DNA of 64,000 bases from Mytilus californianus (lineage: Eukaryota). The notes under the pieces were generated by a model. It was given only the letters and a program-made list of their open reading frames with translations. It ran no database searches and had not been told where the DNA came from. This document shows, one piece after another, positions 1 to 12,225 of this stretch. Position 1 is the first letter of the stretch, and every line of letters starts with the position of its first letter. The stretch lies in NCBI RefSeq assembly GCF_021869535.1, contig NW_026262581.1:8618001-8682000 (forward strand), given 5' to 3'. A program made the translations under genes and the position numbers.

Positions 1-309
1 TCTGCGAAAAGATCTCTGAAAATGACAGAAGGCTTGACCCTCTTCCCGCCAAAACATAAAAAAAAAAATAAAAGACACGCACAACAAAAATCGAAAAAAA
101 TTAAAGGAAATGTTCATGAATATCACATGTTTTCATCTTTGTTTATTGGTATTTGTATTACGTATTGAAACTGTTTTATTCATTTCGAACTCATGGTAAC
201 TTTTGTAAACTCCACAACTATCATTGTCATATTTCACAGAATTTTTTTATTTTCTTGATGATTGCCATCTCTTCGATTTCATGAAAACTTCGTGTATCTT
301 TTGTATCAG

Positions 310-397
310 ACAGCAACGTATTATTTCAGAGGACCATGGACAACCGTTGGCTGTTTTGTATGTAAAAGAATAGGAAGCAAAAATCCAAAAGACAATG
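310..397 (+). CDS. Internal coding exon A of plus-strand discoidin-like/SAM-domain gene (5' part lies upstream of window)
   Basis: tttgtatcag|ACAGCA...GACAATG|gtaaat; 88 nt, phase 0 to 1; TATYYFRGPWTTVGCFVCKRIGSKNPKDN joins in frame to exon at 1265. Confidence 0.75.
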
Positions 398-664
398 GTA
401 AATTTCACCAGTTAAAACTCCCATTTTTAACATTTCCATTTGCATTATATACGGATATTGATCATGAAAGAATACATTGAAGAATTAGTTTATCCAAGGA
501 CATTTTCCAGTATACTATTATGAGACCCTGACATTTGAATTTTTACATTGGAAAGGTTGAGCGTTCAGTGGTATATTTCCTTTAGCGGTTACATATATAA
601 AATGTTTAATACGAACAAATACATTTTTAGCGGTTTAGCTGGAACGTCAAACAATTAATCACTA

Positions 665-1130
665 TTTTTGTCTCGCAAGTAACGCGTGCGACCAAAGTCG
701 CGAAGGCTAGATAACGCGATTTTACATTTCGTCATCGTCATCGGTTTCGTCGTGGTCATCGGTTTCGTCGTGTTGTCAACATTTAGGTTGTTTTCAGTCT
801 TTGCTGAAAGTTTTTTTCTTTAGACATAACTAACTTTGTCAAACCTTAATGAAATTTACGAAAAAATGAATAGTAACGTTGGACAGAAGAAGTTTCTTCG
901 TAATCAAGCGATGCCATCTGTAGCCATTTTTTTAAATGGTTTTTTATTTGTATGTTACTGATAAATGAACTACATTATATGCAGAATCAATTAAATACAA
1001 TCTGGGATCGAAGGTTTTTAGACATCAGTCATTTTGTCAATCCTTCATTGAACTTCATTAAACTAAGACACAAGCTATTTCATGTTCAAAGAAATTTGAA
1101 CCATCTCAAGAAATAAAAAACAAACATTTT
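665..1130 (-). mobile_element. Degenerate HINE-like element in reverse orientation
   Basis: TTTTTGTCTCGC, hairpin GCGAC-CAAA-GTCGC, then (CGT)n-like microsatellite; mirrors the 3' end of family 2. Confidence 0.45.
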
Positions 1131-1264
1131 TCTTTATCTTTTTGCATTTTACTGATAATTTATCTTTTTAGTTATCATTTAGGTACAGTCCTTGGTTAAA
1201 TATTTTATAACTTGAATAAGCTTGTCAAATATTAAAAATTGAAAGAATATTTTGTGTCTAATAG

Positions 1265-1449
1265 GTGTTCCACAGACATTTAAGGATTTTACAGCTAGTT
1301 CTCGGTACTGGAGATATCATTTACTAGAAAATCACGGAGGAAGTTGCACGTGTTTTCAAGGTTTAGGTTTACACGGTGCTGACGATAGAATATTAACATA
1401 TTTTGAGGAACTAGACATGATTAATTATGCGGAACAGTTTATTATTCAG
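1265..1449 (+). CDS. Coding exon B: end of discoidin/F5-8C-like domain and start of SAM-like domain
   Basis: ctaatag|GTGTT...ATTCAG|gtaatt; 185 nt, phase 1 to 0; GVPQTFKDFTASSRYWRYHLLENHGGSCTCFQGLGLHG resembles the end of galactose-binding-fold domains; ILTYFEELDMINYAEQFIIQ resembles SAM helices 1-2. Confidence 0.8.
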
Positions 1450-1843
1450 GTAATTAAATTGAAATGTTTGAAAGTAAAAAAAAACAGTGCAAAAATGTAA
1501 AAACTGATGAACTTTACTAGTATTTTCTAGTTGTGGAATCACAAACCAAATTTTATAAATGACAGATTTTTATAGATTTAGTACAGCTTGAGTAAGGTAT
1601 CATTAATGGATAATGACTCTTCCAAGAATTTTAATTTCTTCCATTACCTAAGCGGAAAGTAAAGAAACCTAAATTGCATATCCACAATTCCTTATTTTAT
1701 AATCACTCAGTTATTATGACATATATATATATATGGTAACATAATACCCGCACGAATTGGTTATTGCACTGGCTTATTGAAGACAAAATTATGAAGAACA
1801 CGTATATAAATCGTTTTATAATCACAGTATATAATACTTTCAG

Positions 1844-1900
1844 GGATATAACACACACACAAAATTGCTCTTAATATATGAAGATGACTTGAAGAAGATT
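1844..1900 (+). CDS. Coding exon C (SAM-like, GYNTHTKLLLIYEDDLKKI)
   Basis: tactttcag|GGATAT...AAGATT|gtaagt; 57 nt, phase 0 to 0; LLLIYEDDLKKI fits the SAM LLxLxxxDLxxL pattern. Confidence 0.8.
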
Positions 1901-2078
1901 GTAAGTATATAAATATTTGTAATGGAAGAATTTTTTACAATTTTGAATTGATATAAATGATATATTTTAATTGTGAGTGTAAGTTTAAATTATAAAACTC
2001 TACGAAGAGCAATGTTGAATCTCTCAAACAGGAAAATTTAATCTTGGATGGTTTTGTGTTTTCACAAGCAATATATAT

Positions 2079-3369
2079 CAGACATGGGGCGAATTACATT
2101 CCAATGTAATGCATTACATTACAATTACTTTGACAAAACAGCATTATATTACAATTACATGTATTTTGGAAAGTAATGCATTACATTACAATTACATTAC
2201 TAAAGTAATGCATTATATTCCACATTACATTTTATAAATTTTATTATCAAAAGAAACATATACAACATGTTATACTGAAATCTTGGTTACTATTAAATAG
2301 GTATTTTAAAAATCCTTTCATTGCCCTATTAGACCAAATGTCAACAGTCAAACAAATGTGATCAGCTTCCTGAAGGTTATCATACAATTTTTTAGTACAT
2401 CCTTCGCCTTAGTCTGTATCAATTTATATGAGAGATGTTTCTCGCTTTGAATTTGAAATTTTGGGTTAAGATTTTCTATAAATTTTTTTAAATTTGGACT
2501 TTCAACTGTTGAAAATGGGAGTAAATAACTTATAGCAATATACTAGAAAAGTGAATCTGTAGCTTTGTTTTGCTTTGGAGTATTTAATTGATATTTCTGA
2601 ATACCACCTGGTTTTACAAAATTTGACAAGGTTGATTGTTCTTCTGGGTCAGGCTTTCTATGTTTCGAAGTATACATCTCTGCATTTTCTCAACAAAGAA
2701 ATATCAGAAATGTTGAAGGGAATTCATTCTACCATTTTGTTTTTTTTTTATTATATTGTTAACTTAATCTCAATGTTATTTAATTACTTTAACATCATAA
2801 ATTCACTTGTCAAAATACTAGTAAAAGAATTGATTGCTATACAAACTAATTAGTGGTTTTTGACAGGTGTCAATTATCAATCATTTAACTTATTTCTTTC
2901 ATCTTTAAATATCTATTTATTGGTTTTTCAATTACTATAATGGTATATGAAAATGACTGCAAATGAAAATCAATATTAATTGTGTATGTTTGTTTTAATT
3001 ATTAGACGTATAAATGTTTTAGTATTAAGGTTAGATGAAGAAAACCATTAGTTTTACAACAGTTCAAATTTACACTTTTTGTTTATCATTACTACATTGA
3101 TTTGTTTTTTAATTTTCCTATTTCTTAAATAAAATAGAACAGAAGGTACTTATTATCCATGAAATTTGTAGCAATATATTGCACTATCAGACAAGAAGTA
3201 ATGCTATGTAATGTCATGTAATGCAAAAATTACATGCATTTTTGACAATGTATAATGCATAACATTACAATTACATGTAATGGCAAAATTTGTGCATTAC
3301 AAATTGCATGCATTACTTAGGGAAATGTAATGCATTACAGGGCACTACAACTGCAAATATAATTGCCTG
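2079..3369. mobile_element. Degenerate hAT-like MITE with (ATTAC)n / (GTAAT)n subterminal repeats
   Basis: CAG...CTG ends; flanks ATATATAT / ATATAAAT (7/8 match); inverted ATTACA-rich blocks at 2095-2230 and 3200-3360. Confidence 0.5.
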
Positions 3370-3449
3370 ATATAAATATTTGGTTATCTTATCTTTTGGC
3401 CGCGAGCATAGTAAACAATTATTCAAGAAACACGAACGATGCTTAATAA

Positions 3450-4365
3450 ATCGGCACGGGACGTTAGCGCTTTTTTATGAGACATTTGCGCTTTTTTAAT
3501 GGATATTTGTGCTTCAATTTTATGGACATTTGCGTTTCAAAAAAAAGGTCATTTGCGCTTTTTCAATAGGACATTTGCGCTTATCAAAATAACATATGAG
3601 TCATCATGGTAAAAAAGTTTAAGAATACCAAAAACACAAAACATTCATATATTTATATACAGCTAATAAAATCAACCTTTTCCCATCATGCATGTGTCAG
3701 ATAAAAACGACACCACTTCCTGAGGTTGGATGGAAGTAAACTCCCCATAATAACCATGACTCTTTCTAAAATTCAACATGTACAGCAAATAATTTAAAAA
3801 TCAATTTTAGGTCTTCACAAATTGAAACAAGCTTAGGTAAACTATGATGGTACAGTTCCTTTGAATATTCATGCAACAGATAGACACAAGAGGAATTTAA
3901 TTTCCAATTTTCAATCCACGAATTATTAAGTAACTTTAGAATTTAGGGAATTTTTTAAGAGTTCCATCCAATCTCTGTCGTTTACCCAGAAACTTATACT
4001 ATATTTTTAACATATATAGATATAAGAAGATGTGGTATGAGTGCCAATGAGACAACTCTCCATCCAAGTCAAAATTTATAAAAGTAAACCATTATAGGTC
4101 ACAGTATATGTCTGGTTTACCCGCATACTTTTTTCTGATGTTGTCGTTTGTTTGGAAGAACTCTCAAAGAATATGTGAACATCTTTCCATGACTTTGTAA
4201 TTTTTTTAAGATTACAGGGAAACTATCCTAGGCAAAAAGCGCAAATGTTCAATCAATTTTGTCTGGTTTATCGAAGTTTAAAGCGCAAATGTCCATACTG
4301 GTTGGAGCGCAAATGTCCTGTCGTGTTACAGGTGAAAAAAAGCCCTAATAAATTCGGTGCGTATA
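3450..4365. mobile_element. Foldback-like element with inverted subterminal GGACATTTGCGC repeats
   Basis: About five GACATTTGCGC-like copies at 3480-3582; inverted GCGCAAATGTCC copies at 4238-4320. Confidence 0.5.
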
Positions 4366-4585
4366 CGTACAATCCAATACAAAAAACATTCTGTACTAAT
4401 TCTTACTTCTCAAACTCGAAGAAATAATTACGATAGTCACATTAGCATTATATAATTACATTTTAAACTTAAACTTAAATAGAAATGCCCGTTGCATATG
4501 ATGCATCAATCATGTAATTTTATATTTCTACAAATGTGTCGATGGCACTGCTCTTTTGGAACCTCTTCAATCGAACTTTTAGATA

Positions 4586-4803
4586 CCGTATAGCGGGTTA
4601 TTTTCGCGGGGTGTAAATTTTCGCTTATTTTCGCGGAAAGAACAAAATCGCCAAAAATAAATTCCGGTAATTCCAAAGTGTACATGCAAAGGTATTGATA
4701 AAAGTTTTGAATCCGCCAAAATAAGAACCGCCAAAATATTTCGTATACCTTATTTAATGAAAATCGCGAAATTTTACACCCGCGAAAATAACCCGCTATA
4801 CGG
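4586..4803. mobile_element. Tc1/mariner-type MITE
   Basis: About 35-bp TIR CCGTATAGCGGGTTATTTTCGCGGGGTGTAAA / TTTTACACCCGCGAAAATAACCCGCTATACGG, flanked by TA on both sides. Confidence 0.85.
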
Positions 4804-4888
4804 TATGCTCTGGCAAAACCTATCGGAATTTTAGATCCTCAATGCTCTTCAATTTCGTATTTTATTTGCCTTTTAACTTTTATTTGAG

Positions 4889-4930
4889 CGTCACTGATGA
4901 GTCCTTTGCAGACAAAACGCGTGTCTGGCA
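4889..4930 (+). ncRNA. Degenerate hammerhead ribozyme motif in Penelope-derived repeat
   Basis: CGTCA-CTGATGA-GTC(ctttgca)GAC-AAAA-CGCGTG-TC-TGGCA; GAAA mutated to AAAA at 4914. Confidence 0.6.
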
Positions 4931-6382
4931 TACAAAATATAAGCCTGGTATCTTTGATGAGTTTTTCAAACACTATTTTACACTGAAAGTTTAGTCGAAA
5001 GGTTGACAAATAGATTGAAGTAGAATCAATTGAAACAAAAACTGCACAACGATCAGATAACACTACTTAACATCCAAATGTGCAAATATCGTAGGCCTTT
5101 TAATTGTTTAGGAATAAAAAGTTAAATAAGAAATTGCAACTTTCTCTTTTTTGTGGTCACATCACGAATTTGTTGACCGATATGATGGGTCTATGTCTTA
5201 ACCACTAGCGACATGATTTCGCGGTCTTATATATTTAAATACCAGAATAGTAGTCTTATTTGTAATATCACCGATTGTGACATTTTCACTGAGTGTGTAT
5301 TCGCTTCGTGGCTGATGCATGCATAGGAGAGACGCTTACCCGTCCATGCATAGGGTCTCGCTCCTTATGAGTTCAAGCGATTTCCTCGGTTTTTTGTCTT
5401 TTCCGTGATTTGTATCTTCTTAAAGGCATGTGAAACGAGTTTCTTGAAATTATGATGTTAAGGTAATTATTGAACCAATGCATGTTTATATACTAAACTA
5501 AGTCCTCTATGTACCATTGTTGGTAATTTTTACGAATCCACAACTTGTAATCGACATTATATATTTTATTTAGTGAAAACTTTCCCTGTTGACTAACTTT
5601 CGTGTTCTGTTGGCGAAGTTTATCGAATGTGACCATAATAAAGAATCAACACAGAATTATGCGGAGCACGTGGAAAATAAGTGGGACGATAGACATACAA
5701 TAGATCAATGTTTATACTTTTCTATATGTTCCATGCGCTTCTATTTGTTAATTAAACTTTGTCATAAGAGTTTTTAAATGATTTGGTGTATTAATTATTT
5801 TCTTTCAGAATCAATTAACACTATCTTACTTATTCCACGTTTGTTTACCTTTTCTTTCATCACGGTTTCAACCTGAGGCTCGCATTCGCGCTGTGCAGTT
5901 GTCGAAGTTCTAACGAGAGTGGTTAAGGTAACTGCATACGGATAAGATATCGGCGATTTAGTGTACGAGAAGACATTAATTCATAAGCATTACACTTCTT
6001 GATATTTTTATAGAATAAAGAGGGTTTTTTTAAAATATAGTTTGCAAACAATACAACCCATTATTGTAAATGGAAATTTCACTTTCATCTCGTACATGTG
6101 TGGATTGAGTATATTTAAGAACTCTTTCTCCCAAGCCTGACATGTACAAAACAGCTATATTTTTTTTCTGGATACAGATAAAGATTATAGAACACATTTG
6201 GTATTTATCAAAATTCATCCTCATTTCATGACTGATGAAGAGTTTCAATTTTTGACATCAAGAAATATAATTGCTGTATTTAAAACAAAACGGATTTGAA
6301 AAGTTAATCAAAAGGTATTTCACTAAATGTTTGAATCGGAAATATAATATTTATATATGCATTAGCTTTCTTTCCAAACATA

Positions 6383-6880
6383 TATTATCATATAAATAAC
6401 ACATAGCTGAGAGGGCGATAGAGCAGATTGTTACCCCGAGAAAACATTGTCAACTGAGGCGAAGCCAAGGTTGACAATGTCTTTTCGAGGGGTAACAATC
6501 TGCTCAATCACCCTCTCAGATATGTGTTATTTAATTTATTATACTGAAAGTTCTGTTATTACTGTCGATTAAATTTCAAATTCAAAGTAATAAACTATGA
6601 CGTCTTGTACATAACAACCATCCGTATTTAATAAAGCGCACTCTTGATCAAGCGTCTCTGTGAAAGGTAACAGAGTATTTGCCATAGGATAGAGTCATAT
6701 TTAATTAAGCGCACACTTGATCAAGCGTCTCCGTGAAGGGTAATAGAGTATTTGCCATGGGATAGAGTCGTATTTAATAAAGCGCACACTTGATCAAGCG
6801 TCTCCATGAAGGGTAATAGAGTAAATAAACACCCTCGTATTAGCCAATCAAAATATTGCATTTTAACGTGAAGTATTATA
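6383..6880. mobile_element. Long-palindrome non-autonomous element (possibly Crypton-type) with 73-bp internal repeats
   Basis: About 62-bp inverted arms at 6393-6454 / 6470-6533 around GGCGAAGCC; three units of about 73 bp (6624, 6696, 6769); ends AGCCAATCAAAA...AACGTGAAGTATTATA. Confidence 0.6.
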
Positions 6881-6894
6881 AAATGTATTGATAG

Positions 6895-6955
6895 ATATCA
6901 GATGTAGATCACCAAAGAATAGTGAAGGCTGAATTAGAGAAAGAAGCCAGAAAAG
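6895..6955 (+). CDS. Coding exon D (SAM-like last helix, ISDVDHQRIVKAELEKEARK)
   Basis: tattgatag|ATATCA...AGAAAAG|gttagt; 61 nt, phase 0 to 1, the only candidate I found that bridges exons C and E; acceptor is weak. Confidence 0.65.
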
Positions 6956-7079
6956 GTTAGTTTTGCAAAAATCTAACAAAAACTTATGATATACGTTTTG
7001 TTTGATGTATGCTTTTCACATTTTAAGCCGTACAAATCATTAAACAAAAATGTCAACCTTACATATTTCATATCCTATA

Positions 7080-7779
7080 TGCCAAAAAAAACTTCAATTA
7101 CAGTTAACTAATTAATTTTCGCGGAAACTTTATTTCACGTTTAGTATAAAAATAAGGAGATATGGTATGATTGCCAAAGAGACAACTATCCACCAAAGTT
7201 AAAATGAAGTGGATGTAAGCAATTATAGACAACCGTACGGCCTTCGACAAGGAGAAAACCCCATATCGTATAGTCGGCTATAAAAGGCCCGACATAAAAA
7301 ATATGAAACTAACAATTCAGTTGAGAAAACTAACGGCCTAATTTATAACAAAACAATTTACGAAAAACAAATATGACAGACATGAACCAACTGCAACCAC
7401 TGAGCTACAAGCTCCTGACTTGGGACAGGCAAAATAAAGGATGCGGGGTTAAACATGTTTGTGAGCGCTCTACCCTCCCCTAACATGGGACAGTGGTGTA
7501 ACAGCACAACATAAGAACAAACTATAAAAACCAGTTAAAAAAGGCTTAACTCATCAGATCGATACAAAGAAAAACATTTAACAAAAACACAGACAGGTTA
7601 GCCCTTTTTACCCAACGTTGTGACTATTTATCTACGTGATTTTCTAATTTCCTAGATGTTTTGGTATAAATGAAGATCCGTGTTTAACATATTCGAGACA
7701 CCTTATTTTTGCGTTATTTCTCTACTCGCGAAAGTCGCATTTAAATAAATCGGTCGCGAAAATTAGCTGGTTTACAGTA
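7080..7779. mobile_element. Older TA-flanked MITE interrupted by a dispersed repeat (about 7150-7600)
   Basis: TACAGTTAACTAATTAATTTTCGCG versus reverse complement of right end TACTGTAAACCAGCTAATTTTCGCG. Confidence 0.55.
7150..7600 (+). repeat. Abundant dispersed repeat (GGAGATGTGGTATGATTGCCAATGAGACAACT family)
   Basis: Homologous copies or fragments at about 4020, 9430-9790, 15075-15445 (-), 33925-34080 (-), 34445, 34960-35305, 54110-54430, 58250-58500. Confidence 0.7.
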
Positions 7780-7913
7780 TTCCACTAGTCTAAGTACATT
7801 GTTTATACCATTAAGTTTTTTTTATATATTGCATGAAGTTTTTTCGTCTTTTTTTCGAGCCTAAAAGATTGATGAATTTGAAATGAATGTTAGTATAACC
7901 TTTCTTCAATCAG

Positions 7914-8042
7914 ATTTCAAGTTGAAGTCTCTTAAATGGAAACATCTACCACCTTGTGCAGTCAAACAGTCTGTAATATTTCCAGACATAGTTGTAAAAG
8001 GAGACCCAGGATGCAGAGAGAAATTAAAACTGTGTTTTGAGG
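7914..8042 (+). CDS. Coding exon E (DFKLKSLKWKHLPPCAVKQSVIFPDIVVKGDPGCREKLKLCFE)
   Basis: ttcttcaatcag|ATTTC...TTTGAGG|gtattt; 129 nt, phase 1 to 1, open frame. Confidence 0.75.
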
Positions 8043-8327
8043 GTATTTCACATTTTACAATTGAATTGTGTGTAAACATGTATGTAAAAATCAATGCTGA
8101 ATTCTGACGGTTCAGTTTCAAAAACTCTTTATCAGTTGAATTACCTTTTATTATTAATGGTTTAACAGGGGAAAATATCAATACATGAATGTAAATTCCT
8201 AACTTACTTGTGTTTCCATTGTAATTCATTGAAACAGAATAAAAGAAAGTATGTAGATATTGGAGAGAGAGAAAGTAATTAACTTAATCAAACAACTCCA
8301 AAATAAGCATTCAATTTCATATTTTAG

Positions 8328-8435
8328 ATGTAAATTCAGAAAGACAGATGAAAGAGGAATTTGAAACTTATTTGGAAACTTTAGATGAAAACCAACAATC
8401 TCTTGCAACATTTTCAGGAGTTGCCATACCAAATG
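8328..8435 (+). CDS. Coding exon F (DVNSERQMKEEFETYLETLDENQQSLATFSGVAIPN)
   Basis: catattttag|ATGTA...CCAAATG|gtaagt; 108 nt, phase 1 to 1. Confidence 0.8.
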
Positions 8436-9837
8436 GTAAGTATGTTAAGTAATTTGGTTTTGGTATATGTTATATATAAACAAGTAAATCAGGGATCTCA
8501 CTTATAAATATAAGAAATAAATTAATATCTTGTAAGAACTTCTAGTTATAATTAATAGATATTGTTTGTAGTTATGTCAAGCTTGTTTTTTTTGTCTTGT
8601 TTTTTCCGTATCAAAACATTTTGCAAAAATGCGACCATGCTGTTAACGGTTTAATATACTCTCAGTTTTTTTTCTACCGCTGCCGCAACCATCACGTCCA
8701 ACACCAGCTTTAAGCGAAATTATTAAGAGCTGTAAATACGTGTTTAGCTCGTAAAATGGTTATACACAAGGACACATATACAAGACTTTGTTTTGAAAAT
8801 GTCAGACACAATTGACACATAAAACATTATCTGATTTGTTACTTGCAGTTTGGGGACTACTTTTTTGAGATTGTTCTCATGTTCCGAGGTTTATCAACTT
8901 ATGCTGGTTAACCATAGATCCAGTGTAACCTCCTGTAGCCATGCTAAAACCCGTTATTCTTCCGTCGACAAATTTGACAATATTTTATTATTAATGTATA
9001 TACAAATCTAATGTTTGTGTAATGATAGTGATAAAAGATATACTTGAAAAAGATGATATCATATTATCGTATAGATAGACAAATAGTTAAGCACAACACA
9101 GTGTCGGTCTTTTTTCAAAATAAAATAATTCATTCTGCAATTTCTTTGTAGTCTTGTGTAATATGTTTAAGAAATCCTTTCCATGCAATGTTATTTTATT
9201 ATTAAAGTTAACCTTGAGCAAATTTTGATTTATAGAAGGAAAATATCGATGCTTAGTCAAGTCTGTAGAGCATCCAGATGTTGTACTTGTGGCACCAGCA
9301 GAAATTGATATACGTAGGTTCATATATGTAACATTACTAAGGATTTTCAGTGGAAGTTCTATAAGGAATTTTCTATTTTGTTTTTCGATTTCAACAACCA
9401 GACCAATTTTTAATTATCTTAAAATGTAGAAATAGGGAGAAGTGATAATATTGAAGATGAGACACTTATCCAATGAAGACAAAAGGACAAAGATGTGTAC
9501 AATTACAGGTCACCGTGCGGTCTTCAATGAGCAATACCAATGCCGTATAGAAAGCTATTTAAGGCCCCGGGATGACAAAATATATACTTAACATACAGGA
9601 ACAATAAGCAAAATGGAATAATGGTAGACATTTACCGACGACAATCACTGGATTACAGGCTCATGTCTTGGCACAGACACACAACGAATGTGGCGGGGTC
9701 AAACATGCTCATAAGCGTTCAACCCTCTCCTAACCTGGGTCAGTAGTGTAACAAAACAACATAAGAATGAATTGTATAAATGAGTTGGAAAGTTCTTATT
9801 GTTTTACTTTTGTATGAAATGAATGTAAAAAAGAATA

Positions 9838-10532
9838 AAAATTCGTAAGGGTTCCGCGGAACCCAGTGTCTCGCCTACTTTTGGTGTTAATCGCAGGCTC
9901 AACAAAAATGAGGAAAAAAATTAATAAAAATATTCCTCTTTATACTATCTTTTGATTGTAAGTAGCTTCTGTCCAAGTTTGGTAAAAATCCAGTATAATT
10001 TATGAATCTAATAAATGTTTAAACTGCAGAATGTATGTAATGTTGACTGGAAGAAAAACTAAGTCCATTTATAAGTAAAATACGGAAAAAATGGAACAAA
10101 ATTTTATCAAAATTTTCTTCTAGATACTAGCTTTTGATCATAAACAAGCTTTTGTCCAAGTATGGTACAAATCCAGGATAGTTTAAGAACGTTGTTAAAA
10201 TTTTAAAAACTTTAACCACAGAGTGAATGTAATGTTAACTGGCAGAAAAACTAAGTCCATTTATAAGTAAAATACGGAAAAAATGGGTTTTTTTCCAAAA
10301 TGTACTTTTGAATATAATCTTATAATCATAAACAAGCTTCTGTCCAAGTTTGGTAGAAATCTAGGATAGTTTAAGAAAGTTATTAATATTTCAAAAACTT
10401 TAACCACAGATTGAATATTTGTGGACGCCGCCGACGACGACGACGACAACGACGCCGACGACGACGACGCCGACGGAATGTAGGATCGCTATGTCTCGCT
10501 TTTTCGACAAAAGTCGAAGGCTCGAAAAAAAA
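9838..10532 (+). mobile_element. HINE-like element, family 2 (intron of plus-strand gene)
   Basis: 5' palindrome GGGTTCCGCGGAACCC (9849-9864) + GTGTCTCGCC; internal partial repeats; (GAC)n microsatellite at about 10425-10475; 3' hairpin TTCGAC-AAAA-GTCGAA followed by an A-run. Confidence 0.75.
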
Positions 10533-10783
10533 GAAAAAAAAAACAGTCTATAGACTTTCAGTGAAAGTAAATATTTCTCATTCTAAAAAAAATCTTGTAC
10601 TAGTAAACCATTTAATGGTTCAAAAAACTATGATTTTGACTTCTGTCTGGTTTGGTAGTTGTCATAATATATTGTTATATTGTTGTTAAAATATTGTTTC
10701 TATGCCTTTTCTTAGCTTTTGCAAGATTTCAAGGTTAAACAAGTATAAATGGCACCTTTAAAGATGTTATTTGTACTTTTCAG

Positions 10784-10869
10784 AGCCATCATCGAATTTA
10801 TCGACAGAAATGCAAGACGCTTTTAGTGACATGGAACAAATGTTAGTAGACTTGCAGACAAATATGTAA
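10784..10869 (+). CDS. Terminal coding exon G (EPSSNLSTEMQDAFSDMEQMLVDLQTNM*)
   Basis: gtacttttcag|AGCCA...ATGTAA; phase 1, stop at 10867-10869, followed by AATAAA at 10934. Confidence 0.8.
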
Positions 10870-10933
10870 ATGTGCATCAAGTGATAAATTAGTCTTGTGT
10901 TTTATGTTTGTATGTGTTCAAAAATATATTATA

Positions 10934-10939
10934 AATAAA
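10934..10939 (+). terminator. Polyadenylation signal of plus-strand gene
   Basis: AATAAA 65 nt after the stop codon of exon G. Confidence 0.5.
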
Positions 10940-11914
10940 AATTAACAAATCTTGTTCGTTAATTAATTGCATAAAATAAATGGACATCGGTAAACCACTT
11001 AAGTTTTCATCATCGTTATAATACACCCTCAATACCTCTTTCATATATCCTACCAAGAACTGTTGTGTTAAGACAAGATTACAATGAACGAATATCAAAA
11101 AGTATGCCGTCATATATTTTAGAATTACACTAATGGTGACTTTTTTTTTTTAATTTGCACTCAGATAATACTCCATATCATTTCTGAAAAAGTACACACA
11201 TCTTGCAATCATTTTTTATATAATTGTACCCCTGGAAATGAAGTTCAAGGGTCATATTATTTAGGGGTCGTACTGCATCTTCGTGGAAATTACATCCGGA
11301 TCATATTGGGTTCGACTCAACAACCTTCGATTAAGAATAGCGAGTTGTTTAAACGACCCCCTATGACAAAAGTGAACGTCGTAATGGTCAATACATCTGG
11401 AAGTTTAATCATATTAATCTTTTTACATCATTATTTAATTGTTTAAATTTATCTCCAAGATTGCTCGCAAATCAAACATTAATTAGATTAGTGCCTGCCT
11501 GAATATTTTTTGGGACAACAGTAACTGCAGGTAACAATAAAATAAATACACCGTTATATTATTGTTACCTGCAATTTCCGTATGAAATCGGGTCCATGTC
11601 TGGAAATCATTTAGGCAACTAGTCTCGGAAGTAGTATTTCTTATTGTTTCTTTTTGTTGGTAATCGTAGACAGTAAAAACCAGACTTCAAAACTGTCGCA
11701 AACATCGGAAACTTCCGGGAACACTATTCATCTTGTCATCTTTTGTAGACTTGTTTGTATTTTTTGCCGCGTTATTGTTTTTCTTCAACTTATGGTTTGT
11801 GGGTGTCGCCTTGGATCTTTTGCCTCTTTTTGTAAATTTCTAAAGTTGATTGATAAAAACTGGGACTAATAGTTTCAATGTATTAGTTCCAGATTTAAAC
11901 AGGAGTTTTCGGTT

Positions 11915-12225
11915 TTTGGCGTAACAAATTATAAGCCTGGTATCTTTCATGATTTTTTTCAACCACTATGTCGGTGCCACTGCTTGTGGGCGTTTCGTCC
12001 CGGGTGGTATCAGTCGGCAGTTTTGTGTTGACATGAAATATCAATGTAATGGTCACTTTCTGTAAATGTTCTGTTTGTACTTTTTTTATTTTTTGAAACA
12101 GTAAGGTTTTTCCACCACTGGTATAGATGACCTAGGCCTTTTGAAGCACAACTATTTAGAATGTTATTAGTTTTCAATGCTCTTCAAGTTCACATTTGAT
12201 TTTACCCTGGTATCTTGATGAGTTT
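11915..12225 (+). repeat. Fragment of the Penelope-derived repeat family that carries the hammerhead motifs
   Basis: Shares ATAAGCCTGGTATCTTT...TGAGT with 4939-4962 and CGTTTCGTCCC with the inverted copy at about 30230-30300. Confidence 0.5.

Noticed and set aside
5809-5927. Segment with good-looking acceptor and donor (tttctttcag...TTAAG|gtaact)
   Set aside because: Stops in all three frames, and exon D at 6895 already bridges the gene. It could be a non-coding or alternative exon but is unsupported.
6178-6300. Short frame with IHPHFMTDEEF, reminiscent of BACK-domain motifs
   Set aside because: About 40 codons with no supporting exons or donor; chance similarity is likely.
10411-10689. Poly-Arg ORF (protamine-like)
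   Set aside because: Translation of the (GAC)n microsatellite and A-run of a HINE-like element.
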